Source: Lama guanicoe
Lineage: Eukaryota
Assembly (NCBI GenBank): GCA_013239625.1
Contig: MU053994.1
Location: 1,801,775 to 1,863,774 of the forward strand
Reading direction: 5' to 3'
DNA: 62,000 bases
Every line of letters begins with the position of its first letter. The first letter of the stretch is position 1. A model generated the notes under the pieces. That model made no database searches. It worked only from the letters and a program-made list of their open reading frames with translations, and was not told the DNA's origin. This document shows positions 11,805 through 23,480 of this stretch, piece by piece. A program made the translations under genes and the position numbers.

Positions 11805-12390
11805 TTTATGTTTTTATTGAGATATAACGTGCATACAGTGAAGAACACATCTGCAGTGCACAGCTTGACTCATTTTTAATGTATCTGCCTTCGTCATCAG
11901 CACCCAGGTCAAGATATAGAACATTTCCAGCAGCCCAGAAGGTTCCCTCATGCCCCTTCTTAGTCAGCATCCCCCAGCTATTCTGACCTTCATCACCATA
12001 GATTCAGTTTGCCTGTTTTTATCAACAAAACCATCCAGCGTGTGCTCTTTTGTCTGTGGCTTTTTTTTTTTTTCACTTATTGTCTGCCAGATTCACCCAG
12101 GCTGTTGCATGAAATAGTGGTTTATCCGTTTTAATTATTGAGCGTTAGTCCATTGAATGAACATACTACAGTTTATTTATCCATTTGACTGTTGATGGAC
12201 ATTTGGATTGTCTCCAAGTTGGGGCTGTCATGAATAAAGTGATTGTGAACATTCTCATATATGCCTTTGGGTAGATATGAAGACCCATTTCTGTTGCAGA
12301 TACACCCAGGAGTGGAATTGCTGGCTCATAAGATAGGCATGCGTTTAACTTTATCGCCAAACAGTTTTCCAAAGTAGTTGTACCGGTTAG
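11805..12390 (-). mobile_element. L1 (L1ME/L1MD-like) 3' end
   Basis: T-rich tail, agcacccaggtcaagatatagaacatttccagc and ttgatggacatttggattgt. The minus-strand ORF 12166-12417 reads as a decayed L1 ORF2 C-terminus (YEPAIPLLG...KCPSTVKWINKL). Confidence 0.9.
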
Positions 12391-12449
12391 CTTTTTACAG
12401 CTGCAATCAGGGTACAAAGGCTATTCAGAGAAGTAAGTTGCAGGCACAG

Positions 12450-12790
12450 CATAATAATGATAGCAGGCATTAATGAGCTAGGTGCCATTCTGATAGATTT
12501 GCATGTAATTAACATGTACTTACATGCATTTATATGTAGACATTCTTACAGTGACTGGTTTCATCTTAGAATGAGCACAAGATCTCGAGGGCTGGGTCAT
12601 ATTGATCTTTGCACTGCCCACCCCAATTGGGATCCAGATAGACTATTCTGTGTTTGTGGAATGAATCATCTTTATTTTACAGATGAGGAAACAGACCCAG
12701 AGTGGGGAGAACTTGCTGAAGATTCTGGGGCTAATGGGTGGCAAGACCAAGCCTGCAGCTCAGGTTTCCAGGCTCCAGGTCTTGCTGGTG
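12450..12790 (-). mobile_element. MIR SINE interrupted by a probable L2 3' fragment (~12560-12665, +)
   Basis: MIR tail (taataatgatagca...), then tagaatgagcacaagatctcgagggctggg...tgtttgtggaatgaat, then the MIR core tttattttacagatgaggaaacaga. Confidence 0.65.
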
Positions 12791-12904
12791 ATCTTATGAA
12801 TGTAAGCCTGTAAAGACTCCTTTAATTTTCTCCTTCTTACACCCCAGGTTGATGCTGTCAGCACTATGGCTTTACAGTCCTTTGGGACCCTTGTCTTTCT
12901 TCTT

Positions 12905-13400
12905 CTGTTATCTATTACTGACTTAAAGCAACAATTATTATTGTCTCTTGGGTTCCCTGAGCTGACTGGAGTCAGCTGAATCATTCTCTCTTGGGGGTTC
13001 CCAAGGGGTTGCAGCTGCAGTCACCTGCAGGTGGGACTAGGCTGGACGTCTAAGATGGCGCATGCACATGGCTGGTGCTTGATGCCGGCTGTGGACCAGC
13101 AGCTCAACTGGGACAGTCAACTGGAGCACTTCTATGAGGCTTGGGCTTCCCACTGCAATGACGGCTGGTTCTGAGAGGGAGTGTCCCAAGAGCAAGTCTC
13201 AAGAGGCAGGAAGAGGAAGCCACCGGCTCAGTTAAGGCTATAGATTCACTTTCATCATGTTCTATTGGTCAAAGGAATCACAGGGTCTCACTAAATTCAA
13301 AGGGGTGGAGACAGATTAATGGATGAGTGGCAGGTCCCATTGGAGAAGACTGTGTGGGAATGACAGCTATAATTGTGGGCATCTTTGTAAAGGATATACC
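12905..13400 (-). mobile_element. MLT1 (F/G/H-like) solo LTR
   Basis: gacttaaagcaacaa, gggcttcccactgcaatgacggctgg, ttctattggtcaaaggaatcaca and aattcaaaggggtggaga. Confidence 0.8.
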
Positions 13401-13904
13401 TTCTTGGTCCACTTGCCTTGCTCCCCAACTGTAGGTCTAGTAAGGCCAAAAGCATCCCTCCATTTCTTTGGTTCTTGAAGATTCAAGGTTCCTAGGACTC
13501 CTTCCATCTCAGGTCAAAACCACAGCACTGAGTCATCTCAACACCAGGCCCTTGGCATGCCCCAGCTGTGCCCACCGTGCATCGTTTCCTGAGCCAGTTC
13601 ACCATTCCACTGGGCACACGGCTACTCTGGGTCCCTGCCCATACACATCAACTCCTCTCCAAGCTCTGAGCACTGTCACCACACTGGAACATCCCAACCT
13701 AATCCTTGCCATCTTGGCTCCCGAGCCCCAGCTACCACCTGTCCAGGCCTTCCCCTCCTGACAATCATCTCATCTGAGACAAACACAGAACCCGCTTGGA
13801 CCCTTGACCAAACTGGGATTTCCTCACAACCACCTGACGTGTGTGAAGAGGGCGATTGGCCCCTAACCCTGTGCAGTGCCCGTTTGAAAGAACACATTCT
13901 TCCC

Positions 13905-14110
13905 AGCTGAAAGACCCAGGTTTGAATCCCTGCTCTGCTGCTAACTGGCTGTGTGGTCTTAGGCAAGGGGTCAAACCTCCCTGTGACTTGGTGTCCATGT
14001 CTACAGAACGGAGGTCATTATTGGACCCAGCTTAGAAGGCTGGTGTGAGGATAAAAGGCAGTCACTTATAAGCATTTGGGACAATGCAAGGGAAAGAGTA
14101 GACACTCCCA
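13905..14110 (+). mobile_element. MIR SINE
   Basis: gacccaggtttgaatccctgctctgctgctaactggctgtgtggtcttaggcaag. Confidence 0.8.
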
Positions 14111-14159
14111 GAGTCAAGTCTTCTTTCCCTAGACTCCAAAGTGAATTTCTGAAAGTAAA

Positions 14160-14330
14160 CTTTTTTCACGCCATTAGATTTTATATTGGATGAATTTTCA
14201 CAAAGAGCCCATTGTAACCAGCACCCAGATCAAGAAACAGGCATTACTAGCATCCCAGAAGTCCCTGCCCCCTTAAATTTCCTACCCACCCTCCAAGAAT
14301 ATCCAGACTTGTAACACCCTAGATTAATAT
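14160..14330 (-). mobile_element. L1ME-like 3' fragment
   Basis: gatgaattttcacaaag...tgtaaccagcacccagatcaagaaacaggcattactagcatcccagaag, homologous to 11860-11950. Confidence 0.75.
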
Positions 14331-15489
14331 CTGGCCCCATTTGTGGCAGCCAACACCCTGCACAGTTGGCAAAGAAAATAGGTATCTATCTGGTGCGATT
14401 TAAAAGGAGCCAGCAAATTCAGCTCCCACTGTGCCTAAATATCCTGCATTATTGAGGCTTTCCTTTGTGTTAAGCACTACTCCCATCCATGGTTCTCTTT
14501 TAAAATCCAAATCCATCTGTGTTGAGTAACAGCAATTCGCTTGTCCCATGGGAAAAAAATATCTGGTCGACCTTTTCACACTGAGTCCCAGGACAGTAGA
14601 ACCTCCTCAGCCAGCAAAGCACTGCAGAAATAGGGGAAGCATGGACCCAGGAAGATGGGCTTTACCTGCTTCACAATTTTGCCTAAGGCCGGTTCAGACT
14701 TTTAGCATGTTTTTTTAAAAGCAGATTTTTAAATCTGATGTTAAAGGGAATTAAACATCCTCCTCTCCTCCCCTCCCCCAGCCGCCTTCAACCACGGCAA
14801 TTCCAACAAGCCATCAACACATAGGAGAGAAGCAGGTGGAGCTAAAAATGAATCCTGTGAGTCCGCTGGAGCACGACCCCACCCTGCTCCCCCAGTGCAC
14901 CTTTTCTAAGCCTGGCCCAGGAGAGCTTCTGGCTCTATGACGTCATCAGATGTCAGGCCTTTGACAAATGAGTCCGGCCTGCAGCTGGAGCCTTTGATAA
15001 GCTATTTGCAGGCGTCTGGGAGACATCCACACTGGTCTTGGGAATGCATCCTAGCCCCATCTCCAATTCACATCTTTTCATGTTTTTTTTTTTCAAAAGC
15101 GTGCCATGCATCTGTGAAGATTCATGGCTTAAAATATTTTTTTCCGGCATTTCACCTTTTCTCCTTATTTTATTTTATTTTTTTTTAAGCAAAAGAAAAT
15201 ATTCACTCCAAGGTTCATTTAGTTTCTGGGTAATAACTGTCAGATATTAACGGATAGCCCCATACATCCAGCATAAAATAATAGAATTTTTTGAGTGCAT
15301 TAGACATCCAGTAATGGGCACAGCGGACAGTGTGGTGGAGCTGCAGAAAGGCTTCTCTTAGGAAAAGAGAAGGCATGCTATGAAAAACAGGACGTAAAGG
15401 ACGTTTGTCAAAATACCCTCTTGTACCTTCATATATGCACACGCAAGGCCCCCAACCTGGAAATTTTTTTGTGACTTTCTCTCCCTTGT

Positions 15490-16240
15490 ACCGCCTCCTC
15501 ATCCAGCAAGATTCAAATCAGCCTCATCTCTTCCGGGAGGCATGCTCTCGCCCCTCCTTCTGTACTTCCATCCATCACGCCGTGTCCCGGTGGCATCTGG
15601 CTTGCTCCTGCCAAGCCACTTCTACTGCACTGTACCCATCAATGGCACCCTTGTCCTCTGCAAACTCTAAGCTCCTTGAGGGCAAGGCTTGTACCGTCTC
15701 CTTGTGCGTTCCTGGCTCCAAGCATGGAGATTCAGTCTGGCAGATGCTGCCAGGGCCCACCTATGCCCTCCAGCCCTGACCACTTCAGTGAAGACCTGTC
15801 CACTTCAACCGGGCAGCATCTGCCATCTTTGTCCGAGTGTTTTCTCTGGCTTCCGGAGCTCACTTTGCTGCTCCGGTGGCAGCTGGAATTGCCAGGGAAT
15901 CAATGCCCTTCCCAACAGCCCTCAAATGATGCCTGGAGGGAGTTGGCAGGCTCTCGCCCCTCCTGGTTGGGAAAACTGAAGCCTATGTTCCACGTTGGCT
16001 TCAAAAGTTCGCCAGGGGTATTAAATTCCAGTTGCCCACAGCGGTAATGGGCTTGCTAACACGCTCTTCGTTACCTGCCTGCCTCCGCCTCCCCGTCTCC
16101 CTGGCCTGCTCCCCTACGGATACTTGCTGGCATCACCTCCCAAATAAACTACTTGCATTCCAATCCTTGTCTCAGGGTCAGCTACTAAACCGCAGACTAG
16201 ATGCTCAATAAAGGATCTTTGAATGAAGGAAAGAATGAGT
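15490..16240 (+). mobile_element. L2 3' end split by an LTR16-type insertion
   Basis: L2 motif ctctaagctccttgagggcaagg before ~15730; the L2 terminus atgctcaataaa...gaatgaaggaaagaatga resumes at ~16200. Confidence 0.65.
15770..16192 (+). mobile_element. LTR16C-like (ERVL) solo LTR
   Basis: ccagttgcccacagcggtaa and catcacctcccaaataaactacttgcattccaatccttgtctcagggtc. Confidence 0.8.
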
Positions 16241-16920
16241 GGCGGAATTTTTACAGCACAGATGTCAAAAGGAGCTCTCTAGGGCTGGATTTTCCGCAGG
16301 GTCTATGTTATCCATTTTAAGTGACGGCACTGAGTCAAATTCAAAGTCTCCTTCAACAGTTCTCCTTCACTTTGGACCAAGCAGACAAGGCCAAGTGCCA
16401 AGAAACGGGGAAGATTGCATAATGTGTGGCAGACGCCAGGCCCATTTGGTTTTGATTTGGGTCTGCAGGCTGCCCTGATTCCCTCTTTCCCTTCTTCTGT
16501 AATCTGTCACACCGCACTTCAGTTGGGTCGTAGGGTTCTATTTAAGTGAGAAGCCGTCAGCCTCCGTGTGCTATTCCTTTCCCCAGGGGAGGCATCAACA
16601 GCTGAGAGTCTGTCCCCCAGTCCCTTTAGCTAACACAAGGGGCCAGGAAATAAGGAAACAAGTGAAGGTGTTGTCGATGGCACACAGTCTGATTTTACTG
16701 ATTGCTTTTTCCCCAATGATCATCTGTCCCTGAGATTCTAGCCTGGTTCTAAAAGACCATTTCCCACCCAGCGTCATGTTTCTGCCACTTCTCTGGTTCA
16801 GGGGGCTTTTTCTGGAAGCACGCAAGCTGATCGGAGACAAAGCTGACTACTGAACATTCTTTCTACTTCAAAAATTCTTTGAAAGTTTTAGAATGTCCAG
16901 AGTTTTAATAAACTACATTT

Positions 16921-17074
16921 TTTTAAACAAGCTCTTTCTTTAAATTCTTTTTTTTTTTGGAGGATGGGGCGATTAGGTTTTTATTTATTTATTTTAATGG
17001 CAGTACTGGGGATTGAACCCAGGGCCTTGTGCATGCTAGGCATGCGCTCTATCACTGAGCTGTACCCTGCCTCC
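16921..17074 (-). mobile_element. Vic-1-like camelid tRNA-derived SINE, full length with TSD
   Basis: Minus strand reads ggaggcagggtacagctcagtgatagagcgcatgcctagcatgcacaaggccctgggttcaatccccagtac, with A and B boxes and an A-rich tail. 15-bp TSD taataaactacattt (16906-16920) / taataaattacattt (17075-17089). Confidence 0.9.
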
Positions 17075-17219
17075 TAATAAATTACATTTCTTTTTTTTTT
17101 TTATCCATGTGTTTCCTGACAGGAGTCCAGAATTAAGGTTTTCTTTTTTTTAAAGGCCTTTTTGTAGGCCAAAGTGGCTGGATCCTCACTTGGCCCACAG
17201 ATGGGAAAAGAGCCCAACA

Positions 17220-17430
17220 AAAATAGTGAATTTTTATTAAATCTTATAATGTGCTAAGAGCTCTGTGTAGAGTATTTCCGTTAACCCTCACCCAACGCAC
17301 GGGATGCTATTATCATCTCCAGTGGACGGATGAGGAAAGCAGAGCCCAGAGAGACTACAGAACTGGCCCGGAGTCTTCTCAGGAGAGTAAACGGCAGGGC
17401 CTGAGCGCTTAACCACGGCACTCAACCGCC
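17220..17430 (-). mobile_element. MIR SINE
   Basis: taaccctcac...tattatcatctccagtggacggatgaggaaagcagagcccagaga...cttaaccac. Confidence 0.75.
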
Positions 17431-17529
17431 CCAACACTTACTGAGTGCTGATGCTTGCTAAGGGTGATGATGGAAACTTTCCTTGTTTTTCTTGTCTATT
17501 CCTCTATTCAAGATGCTCTGTTCAGTAGC

Positions 17530-17750
17530 ATCGTCTTCACTTACGTTCTCCCCAAAAGGACCCTGGGAGATACGGATGTAAGTGCAAGTCATTTATTTGG
17601 GAGGGCATTCTAGAAGGCCCCAGTAGGGGAGCAGCGGGGAGGGAGACAGGGAAGGGAAGGCAGCCACTCAAGGGTGTGTCATTGAGCAAGTTACCACCAT
17701 GGCCAACTGGAACTGAGTCCTGCCGGAGAGCTTGGTGAGATGTCCATCCC
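17530..17750 (-). mobile_element. LTR33/LTR16-type (ERVL) LTR fragment
   Basis: agtgcaagtcatttatttgggagg and gagacagggaagggaaggcagcca...gagcaagttaccac. Confidence 0.75.
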
Positions 17751-18223
17751 TGCCTCACATTCACAGACTCACCAGCCTGGAGTCTCCCTGGGTTTTGTCC
17801 AAGCCGCTTGGGAATAAGAGATAGTTGAGATATGGGATGGGGCGAACCGACCATGTCCTTGCCTGCCTCCATGAAGGTCTCCCTTCTCCCACCCCCTCCC
17901 CCAGCCTTCACCCTGGCAGCTGTAGAACATGCATCTCAGTGACCCTGTCCACGAGGCAGGAAGACTGGGGGATCACCTACTCTCCCGGCTAATTATTAGA
18001 GGGCCGGGCCCCTGGCCAGCTGCGTGCAGGGGTGAGGGGGCTCTGGTGCCAGAGGAAGCCAAGAGGTGCAGACACCTGCAGCTGGAAGATACTGTGTGCA
18101 CTGAAGGGCAAGGGTGTGGCGAATATGGGCAAGACGCCAGCTGTGCCTGCCATGTGTTATTATCCTCATGGTACAGATGAGGAGATGGAAGCTTTATCGA
18201 ATACTGCAGAGGTCTGGGTATCT

Positions 18224-18852
18224 TTCTTTCTATACAGTTTTTAAAGTTTACGCTCCATTTACAATTACTACAAAATATTGGCTCTATTCTCCATGCTGTA
18301 CCATACATCCTTGAGCCCGTCGTACACCCAACAGTTTGAATCTCCGACTCCCCCGCCTCTTAACTGCCCCTTCCCCCTCCTCCCCACTGGTAACCACTGG
18401 TTTGTTTTCTATATCTGTGCATCTGCTTCTTTTTTGTTATATTCACTAGTTTGTTGTATTTCTTAGAGCCCACATATAAGTGATATCATACGGTGTTCGT
18501 CTTTTTCTGTCTGACTTATTTCACTTAGCATAATGCCCTCTAAGTCCGTCCATGTTGCTGCAAATGGCAACATTTCATTCTTTTTTATGGCTGAGTAGTA
18601 TTCTGTTGTATACATACACCACATATTCTTTATCATTCATCAGCTGATGGACACTTGGGCTCCCATATCTTGGCAACTGTAAATAATGCTGCTATGAACA
18701 TTAAAGTGCATGGATTCTTTTCGAGTTAGTGTTTTTGTGGTTTTTGGATATATACCCAGGAGAGGAATTGCTGGGTCACATGGTAGTTCTATTTTTATTT
18801 TGTTAAGAAACCTTCATAACGTTTTCCACAGTGGCTGCACCAATTTACATTT
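18224..18852 (-). mobile_element. Younger 5'-truncated L1 (L1MA9/cetartiodactyl type) with TSD
   Basis: Low-divergence L1 3' region (ctgacttatttcacttagcataatg, ttttttatggctgagtagtatt, gtggctgcaccaatttacatt). TSD tgcagaggtctgggtatct (18205-18223) / tgcagcagtctgggtaact (18853-18871), 16/19 identical. Confidence 0.92.
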
Positions 18853-19532
18853 TGCAGCAGTCTGGGTAACTATACACGGAGGCCATGGTAACTAGAAATC
18901 TCAGGACAGCAAGGACAGACAGCACTGTCTCTGCCCTTAAAAGACTTCTCAGCTTAAACTAGATCAAGGTGACCCCCTTCCTTAGGATTAGGGCTGCTGG
19001 GTCCCCTTGGGATGCCCCAAGGAAGACAGAGGCAGTAAACAATACTAAACAGAAGAAACAGAAATAACAAAAATGAACAGAAAAAGATTCTTAGCATGTT
19101 TGCTGTGATAAGACAAAACCTAAAAGAAAGAAAATTCCGCAGACCATGAGGGCAATGTTTTTAGATCTTTTTGATTACTCGAATGCAACAACAATAAGAA
19201 CAAATGTCCTGTGCTTAAAAGAACTACCTCTAGGTTTGAGAAAGAAAAAGGCACCGTAATAATGATCTTCTATGAGGGAATCCCCTGCTCTCCCACCACG
19301 TCCTGGGCAACAAACCCACCTTTGCTTAAGCACAGGAAAGCGGAATTGCCTTGAATGAGAAGCCTTTCCTGAACTGGTCTGACTCCCAAAGCAATGGTGC
19401 TCTCAGCAGAATGTTCCAAGAAAACTCCCTTTTCCCATGGGAGAAAAGCCAATTCAGCTAAGGGGGTAGCTCTTGAACCATAAAAGTTCACGCCCTTTCT
19501 TTTCTGACGCTTAGCAGGGCTGTATGGCCAAG

Positions 19533-19990
19533 TGGGGTGGGCAGAACAAAGGCCCCCAAAGATGTTCCCATCCTAATGCCCAGAATCTATGACTGTGTTA
19601 CCTTTTATAGCAGAAGAGAGTTTGTAGATGGGAGTAAACTGAGGATTTTGAGATGGGGAGATTATCCTGGATTATCACGTGGGCTCAATGTAACCGCAAG
19701 GGTCCTTATAAATAGAAGAGGGAGTCAGGAGAGGAGGTCAGGAGCCTGCCATTGCTGGCTTTAAAGATGGATAAAATGGAGCAGGAGCCAAGGAATGTGG
19801 GCACCTCTAGAAAGTGCAAAAGGCAAGGAAATGGATTCTTCCCTAGGCCTCCAGAAGGGAACACAGCCCTGCTGACACCTTGATTTTAGCCCAGCGAGAC
19901 CCATTTCCATGTTCACAACTGTATGATAATAAACTTGTGTTGTTTTAAGCCACTGCCTTTACCACAGCCTGTTACCGCAGCCGTGTAACA
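19533..19990 (+). mobile_element. MLT1D solo LTR
   Basis: ggcccccaaagatgttcccatcctaat, gagatggggagattatcctggattatc, cagccctgctgacaccttgattttagcccag and aataaacttgtgttgttttaagccac. Confidence 0.9.
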
Positions 19991-20322
19991 CCCCAGGGTC
20001 CCCAGGATGGTCACAAGTTGGCAGGCTGTTCAGGTCCCCAATGAGTGCTGTCGGGATGGAGTAATCTCACAATTACCCCTTTGAGAGATTTCCAGGAAAA
20101 AAAAAAATGCAGTGGGTTCCCACTTCTTGAGAGATAGACAACAGGGGTCCCCAGGAAACGTCAGACCTAAGGGGGTTCCCAGCCCCTGCATCCACCTGGG
20201 AGCGACACACCACAGGAATTAGCAAGCAGTTTCCCCGCAGGGATTTACTGCGTCAAGGAAAACTCTACCCCAGCTGTTTCTCATCATCTTCAGATGGCTT
20301 TAATCGCATCTAGAATCATAAA

Positions 20323-20523
20323 CCGTGGTTTCCAAACCTGGTTGGGCCTCAGAATTACTTGGGAGCACTTGCTAAAGGCTACCCCCAGTCTCTGCCCTTA
20401 GTTGCTTCATCCCAAATCTCCTGAGTGAGAGTCTCTGAGGGTGCGGTCTGGGAATCTATGTTCTGAACAAACATCTCCAGAGATGCTGGCACCTGTCTGT
20501 GGACCAGGATGTAGAAAATACTG
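20323..20523. mobile_element. MER5A-like hAT-Charlie MITE
   Basis: Ends ccgtggtttccaaac / tgtagaaaatactg; internal cagaattacttgggagc and ctgggaatctatgttctgaaca. Confidence 0.7.
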
Positions 20524-20824
20524 TCCTAAACTGCTTAGCTTTCAGAGCTTTGTGGAATGTTTCAACCAGCTAAGATGGTTGGATTCCAAAATCCTCAGGA
20601 GGGCTGTGTTAATGAAAGGGTTTCACCAGGAGAACATAAACTTACAATTCCACCTGGACAGTCTCTAGGTGAAGGTCGGGCCCAGAGCTGAAAGTCCACC
20701 ATGTCAGAAGAGGCCCGTGCATCCAGGCTCCCTCTCCACCACATTTCCCAGAGCCCTGGCCTCAGCCCTGATGCCCCACGGCTCCAAGACCTCCATTCAC
20801 AGAACAATACCCAACATAGCGGAC

Positions 20825-21895
20825 ATTATTGGTTGACCAGTCAACAACCTCTCCCCCTTTTGTCCTTACTGACAGAAGCTTGGTGTCTGCTGGCAGGCTG
20901 CAACTGAGCAGGAAAGATGGGTCTCTCTCCAGCCTCAGAAGACAATTGCTCTAATCCAGCCATAGGAATTCCAATCCTTTTTGCTAGTGATTGGGGAAGA
21001 AATGATCCTATGACCCAATTCTGAATAGAGTCCTGGTGGGTACTCTGCTGGGCACTTCCTGATATAAGAGAAAGCATTTCAGGAAGGTTTCTTTTCTACT
21101 CACTCTCTTCTTCCCTGCTTGGGACACTATTATGTGGGGACATAAAGCTTAGTACTGTAACTGCCATCTTGTGACCATGGGATGATCGATTTAAGGGTTG
21201 AAAGAAACGTACTGAAGATTGCAGAGCAAAAGGATGAAGAAGAGCAGCCTTTGGTAAAATCATTGGACATCTTGACCGATCTTGTAAACACCTAGCTCCA
21301 GATCTCTTGGCATGGGAGATAAAATAAAAGTCTGTGTTGTTTAGACCACCCTTAGACAGTTAGTCTATATGACAATTGTAAATATGCCCCACCCCCAATT
21401 TTTTTATATTCCCTCCATCAAGAGGTGGGGTCTCTGCCTCCTCCTCTTGGATCTGGGCTCTATGACTCCTTGATCAGTAGAACATGGTGGCAGTCTGTGT
21501 CAGTATCCAGGCCCAGACCTGGCCCACTTGCCTTCAGGACCCTGCTTGAGGCCAAGAGGAAGTCTGAGCAGCCTGTGGAAAGATCCACCTGGAGAGAAAA
21601 ATGAAGGCCCTTGTCCCCAGCCTGGCTGAGCTCTCAGCTGGCAGCCAACACCAACTTGCCAGCCATTTGAGTGAACCATCTTAAAAGTCGATCATCAGTC
21701 GCCAAGCTGAGCCACGTGGAGCAGAGACAAGCCTTCTCCACCAAGCTCTGCTCAAATTGCAGATTTAGGAGATAAAGAAATGATTATTGTTATTTTAAGC
21801 CACCGCATGTTGGGTGGCTTTATTATACATCAGTAAGTTATGGGATCACTCTGTCTCTTGCTGAACTACATTTAAATAGATGCAGAGCCATCCTA
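20825..21895 (+). mobile_element. MLT1K-like LTR, interrupted near its 3' end by an MLT1G-like LTR
   Basis: MLT1K motifs tgacccaattctg, ctgccatcttgtgaccatg and tgttgtttagaccac up to ~21365. The terminal ctctgtctcttgc...catccta resumes at ~21849. Confidence 0.7.
21366..21848 (+). mobile_element. MLT1G-like solo LTR (nested)
   Basis: ccatcaagaggtggggtct, ccaacttgccagccatttgagtgaaccatct, ccacgtggagcagagacaagcc and ttttaagccac. Confidence 0.8.
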
Positions 21896-21900
21896 TAGAC

Positions 21901-22125
21901 CAGAGGTCTGCTAACTTCTTTCTCTAAAGGGTCAGATAGTGAATATTTTGGGTTTTGCAGGACACGTGGTCTCTGTTGCAACTACTTAACTGTCCCACGG
22001 CAGCATGAAAGCAGCCATAGACAATAAGGAAAGAAATGGGTGTGGCCAGGTTCCAATAAAACTGAATTTGTAAAAACAGGTGGTGAGCAGGATCTGACGA
22101 TCGGGCCATAGTTTGCTGACCCCTT
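21901..22125 (+). mobile_element. MER58A hAT-Charlie MITE, full length with TIRs and 8-bp TSD
   Basis: TIRs cagaggtctgctaact / agtttgctgacccctt; internal gttccaataaaact. TSD ctatagac (21893-21900) / ctatagat (22126-22133). Confidence 0.93.
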
Positions 22126-22816
22126 CTATAGATCAAGGCTACACATTCTACCTTCTCCCAAGCCTGACTCCTTCTGTCAGTCCTTACCCTGGTCCTCGCG
22201 CCAGCCAAGAAGAGACCACTGGCCCTGTTGTCATCATCCATCACAAAGTTTTAACCAGCCAGTGGGGGAAGTGGAAACACTCAACTCTCTCCTGTGCGTT
22301 AAACCTTGGGCCTGACCAAAAAACCTTCCGAAAGCCTGTGGTTTCTCCCAGGGAGCCCAGACATCAAAACCATAAAGACTCTTCCCCAGGCAAATCATTA
22401 CCCCCACTTGACACTCTGTTTAATGGAAAGCCTTTGCCAGAAATAAGTATATTAAAATAAGCTTTGCATTTTTTACATTAACTGAAATTTGATGCAAATT
22501 GATAATAAATTACCTTCCCCCTCCTCATTCATTTGGGAATCACATAAACTAGTTTACAGTTATGTATTATTACATTTCACATTAATATAGCCATAGGAAG
22601 CTAGGCTTTGGAGAAATTTGCTTCCCAGCAAACCATCAGAAATGGAAGAGACAAAAGTGGGATTTGGTGGGATAGCTGAGTCTCCTAATGTGTTAGCCAC
22701 TCAGAGCTTGAAAAGTAAGGCATCAGTGCACCGCTCGAGGCCCAACCAATTCATCAGATGATCACCACTGGTCTTATCTATCTGGCATAAATTTTCCCAC
22801 TTCAGCATCCTACAGC

Positions 22817-22900
22817 CTTCCTTTCTTCCTTCGTTCTTTTCTTTCTTCCTCCCTCCCTCCCATCCTTCCTCCTTTCCTTCCTCTCATCCTTCCTTCCTTC
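22817..22900. repeat. CT-rich low-complexity, (TTCC)n-like tract
   Basis: Nearly pure pyrimidine run read directly. Confidence 0.85.
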
Positions 22901-23049
22901 AAGTTACAGGGCTGAGCCCAGATTCAAGAAGTGGAGAAACCAGCCAAGAGGTGGAGAGGTCACAAGATCACACTGCAAAGGGGTGTGCGTTCAGGGAGGA
23001 ACGACCGTAGCCATCTTGACGAATGACCCACGCCAGCAAGAAGTGAGGA

Positions 23050-23480
23050 AATGGCACAGGATACTACATGGCTCAGCTCCAGACGTTGTTGACACGGTCA
23101 TAATCATGTGAAGGCTGAATATTGACCTAAGCTAAATTAGAATCCAAGTATTTTGAGAGGATGCAGGACAGGGAAGAATGAGTCTAGGTGATGGTGGTGA
23201 AACAGAGCTAAAAACTCATTTTCCATCATAGGAAGTCAAGAGGAATTAAAAGACAGTGATGCCGAAACTAAAAAAAATTCAGGAAATCGCGGTATGAGTG
23301 TGCTATTTAGAGTTGGAGAGGTGAATACCCAAAGAGATAGTCAAAGGAGAGGAACGGGGAGGGGGGCTGGTCTGCCAGAGACTTTCGTTTGCTCATAAAA
23401 AGCCTTGTAGAACTCTTTCACTGTTTAAAATATATGTATGTATAATATGACAACAATAGAAACCAGTATTTTGAAAGAAA
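23050..23480 (+). mobile_element. Old L1 (L1MC/ME) 3' fragment
   Basis: Ends ataaaaagccttgtagaactctttcactgtttaaaatatatgtatgtataa, an old L1 3' terminus. Confidence 0.6.

Noticed and set aside
12166..12417. ORF with protein-like sequence (YEPAIPLLG...KWINKL)
   Set aside because: It is the decayed C-terminus of L1 ORF2, not a host gene. The same applies to the ORFs at 18278-18895 and 46033-46456.
17000..17074. tRNA-like sequence on the minus strand
   Set aside because: It is the head of the SINE: followed by SINE body and A-tail, flanked by a TSD, with an imperfect acceptor stem.
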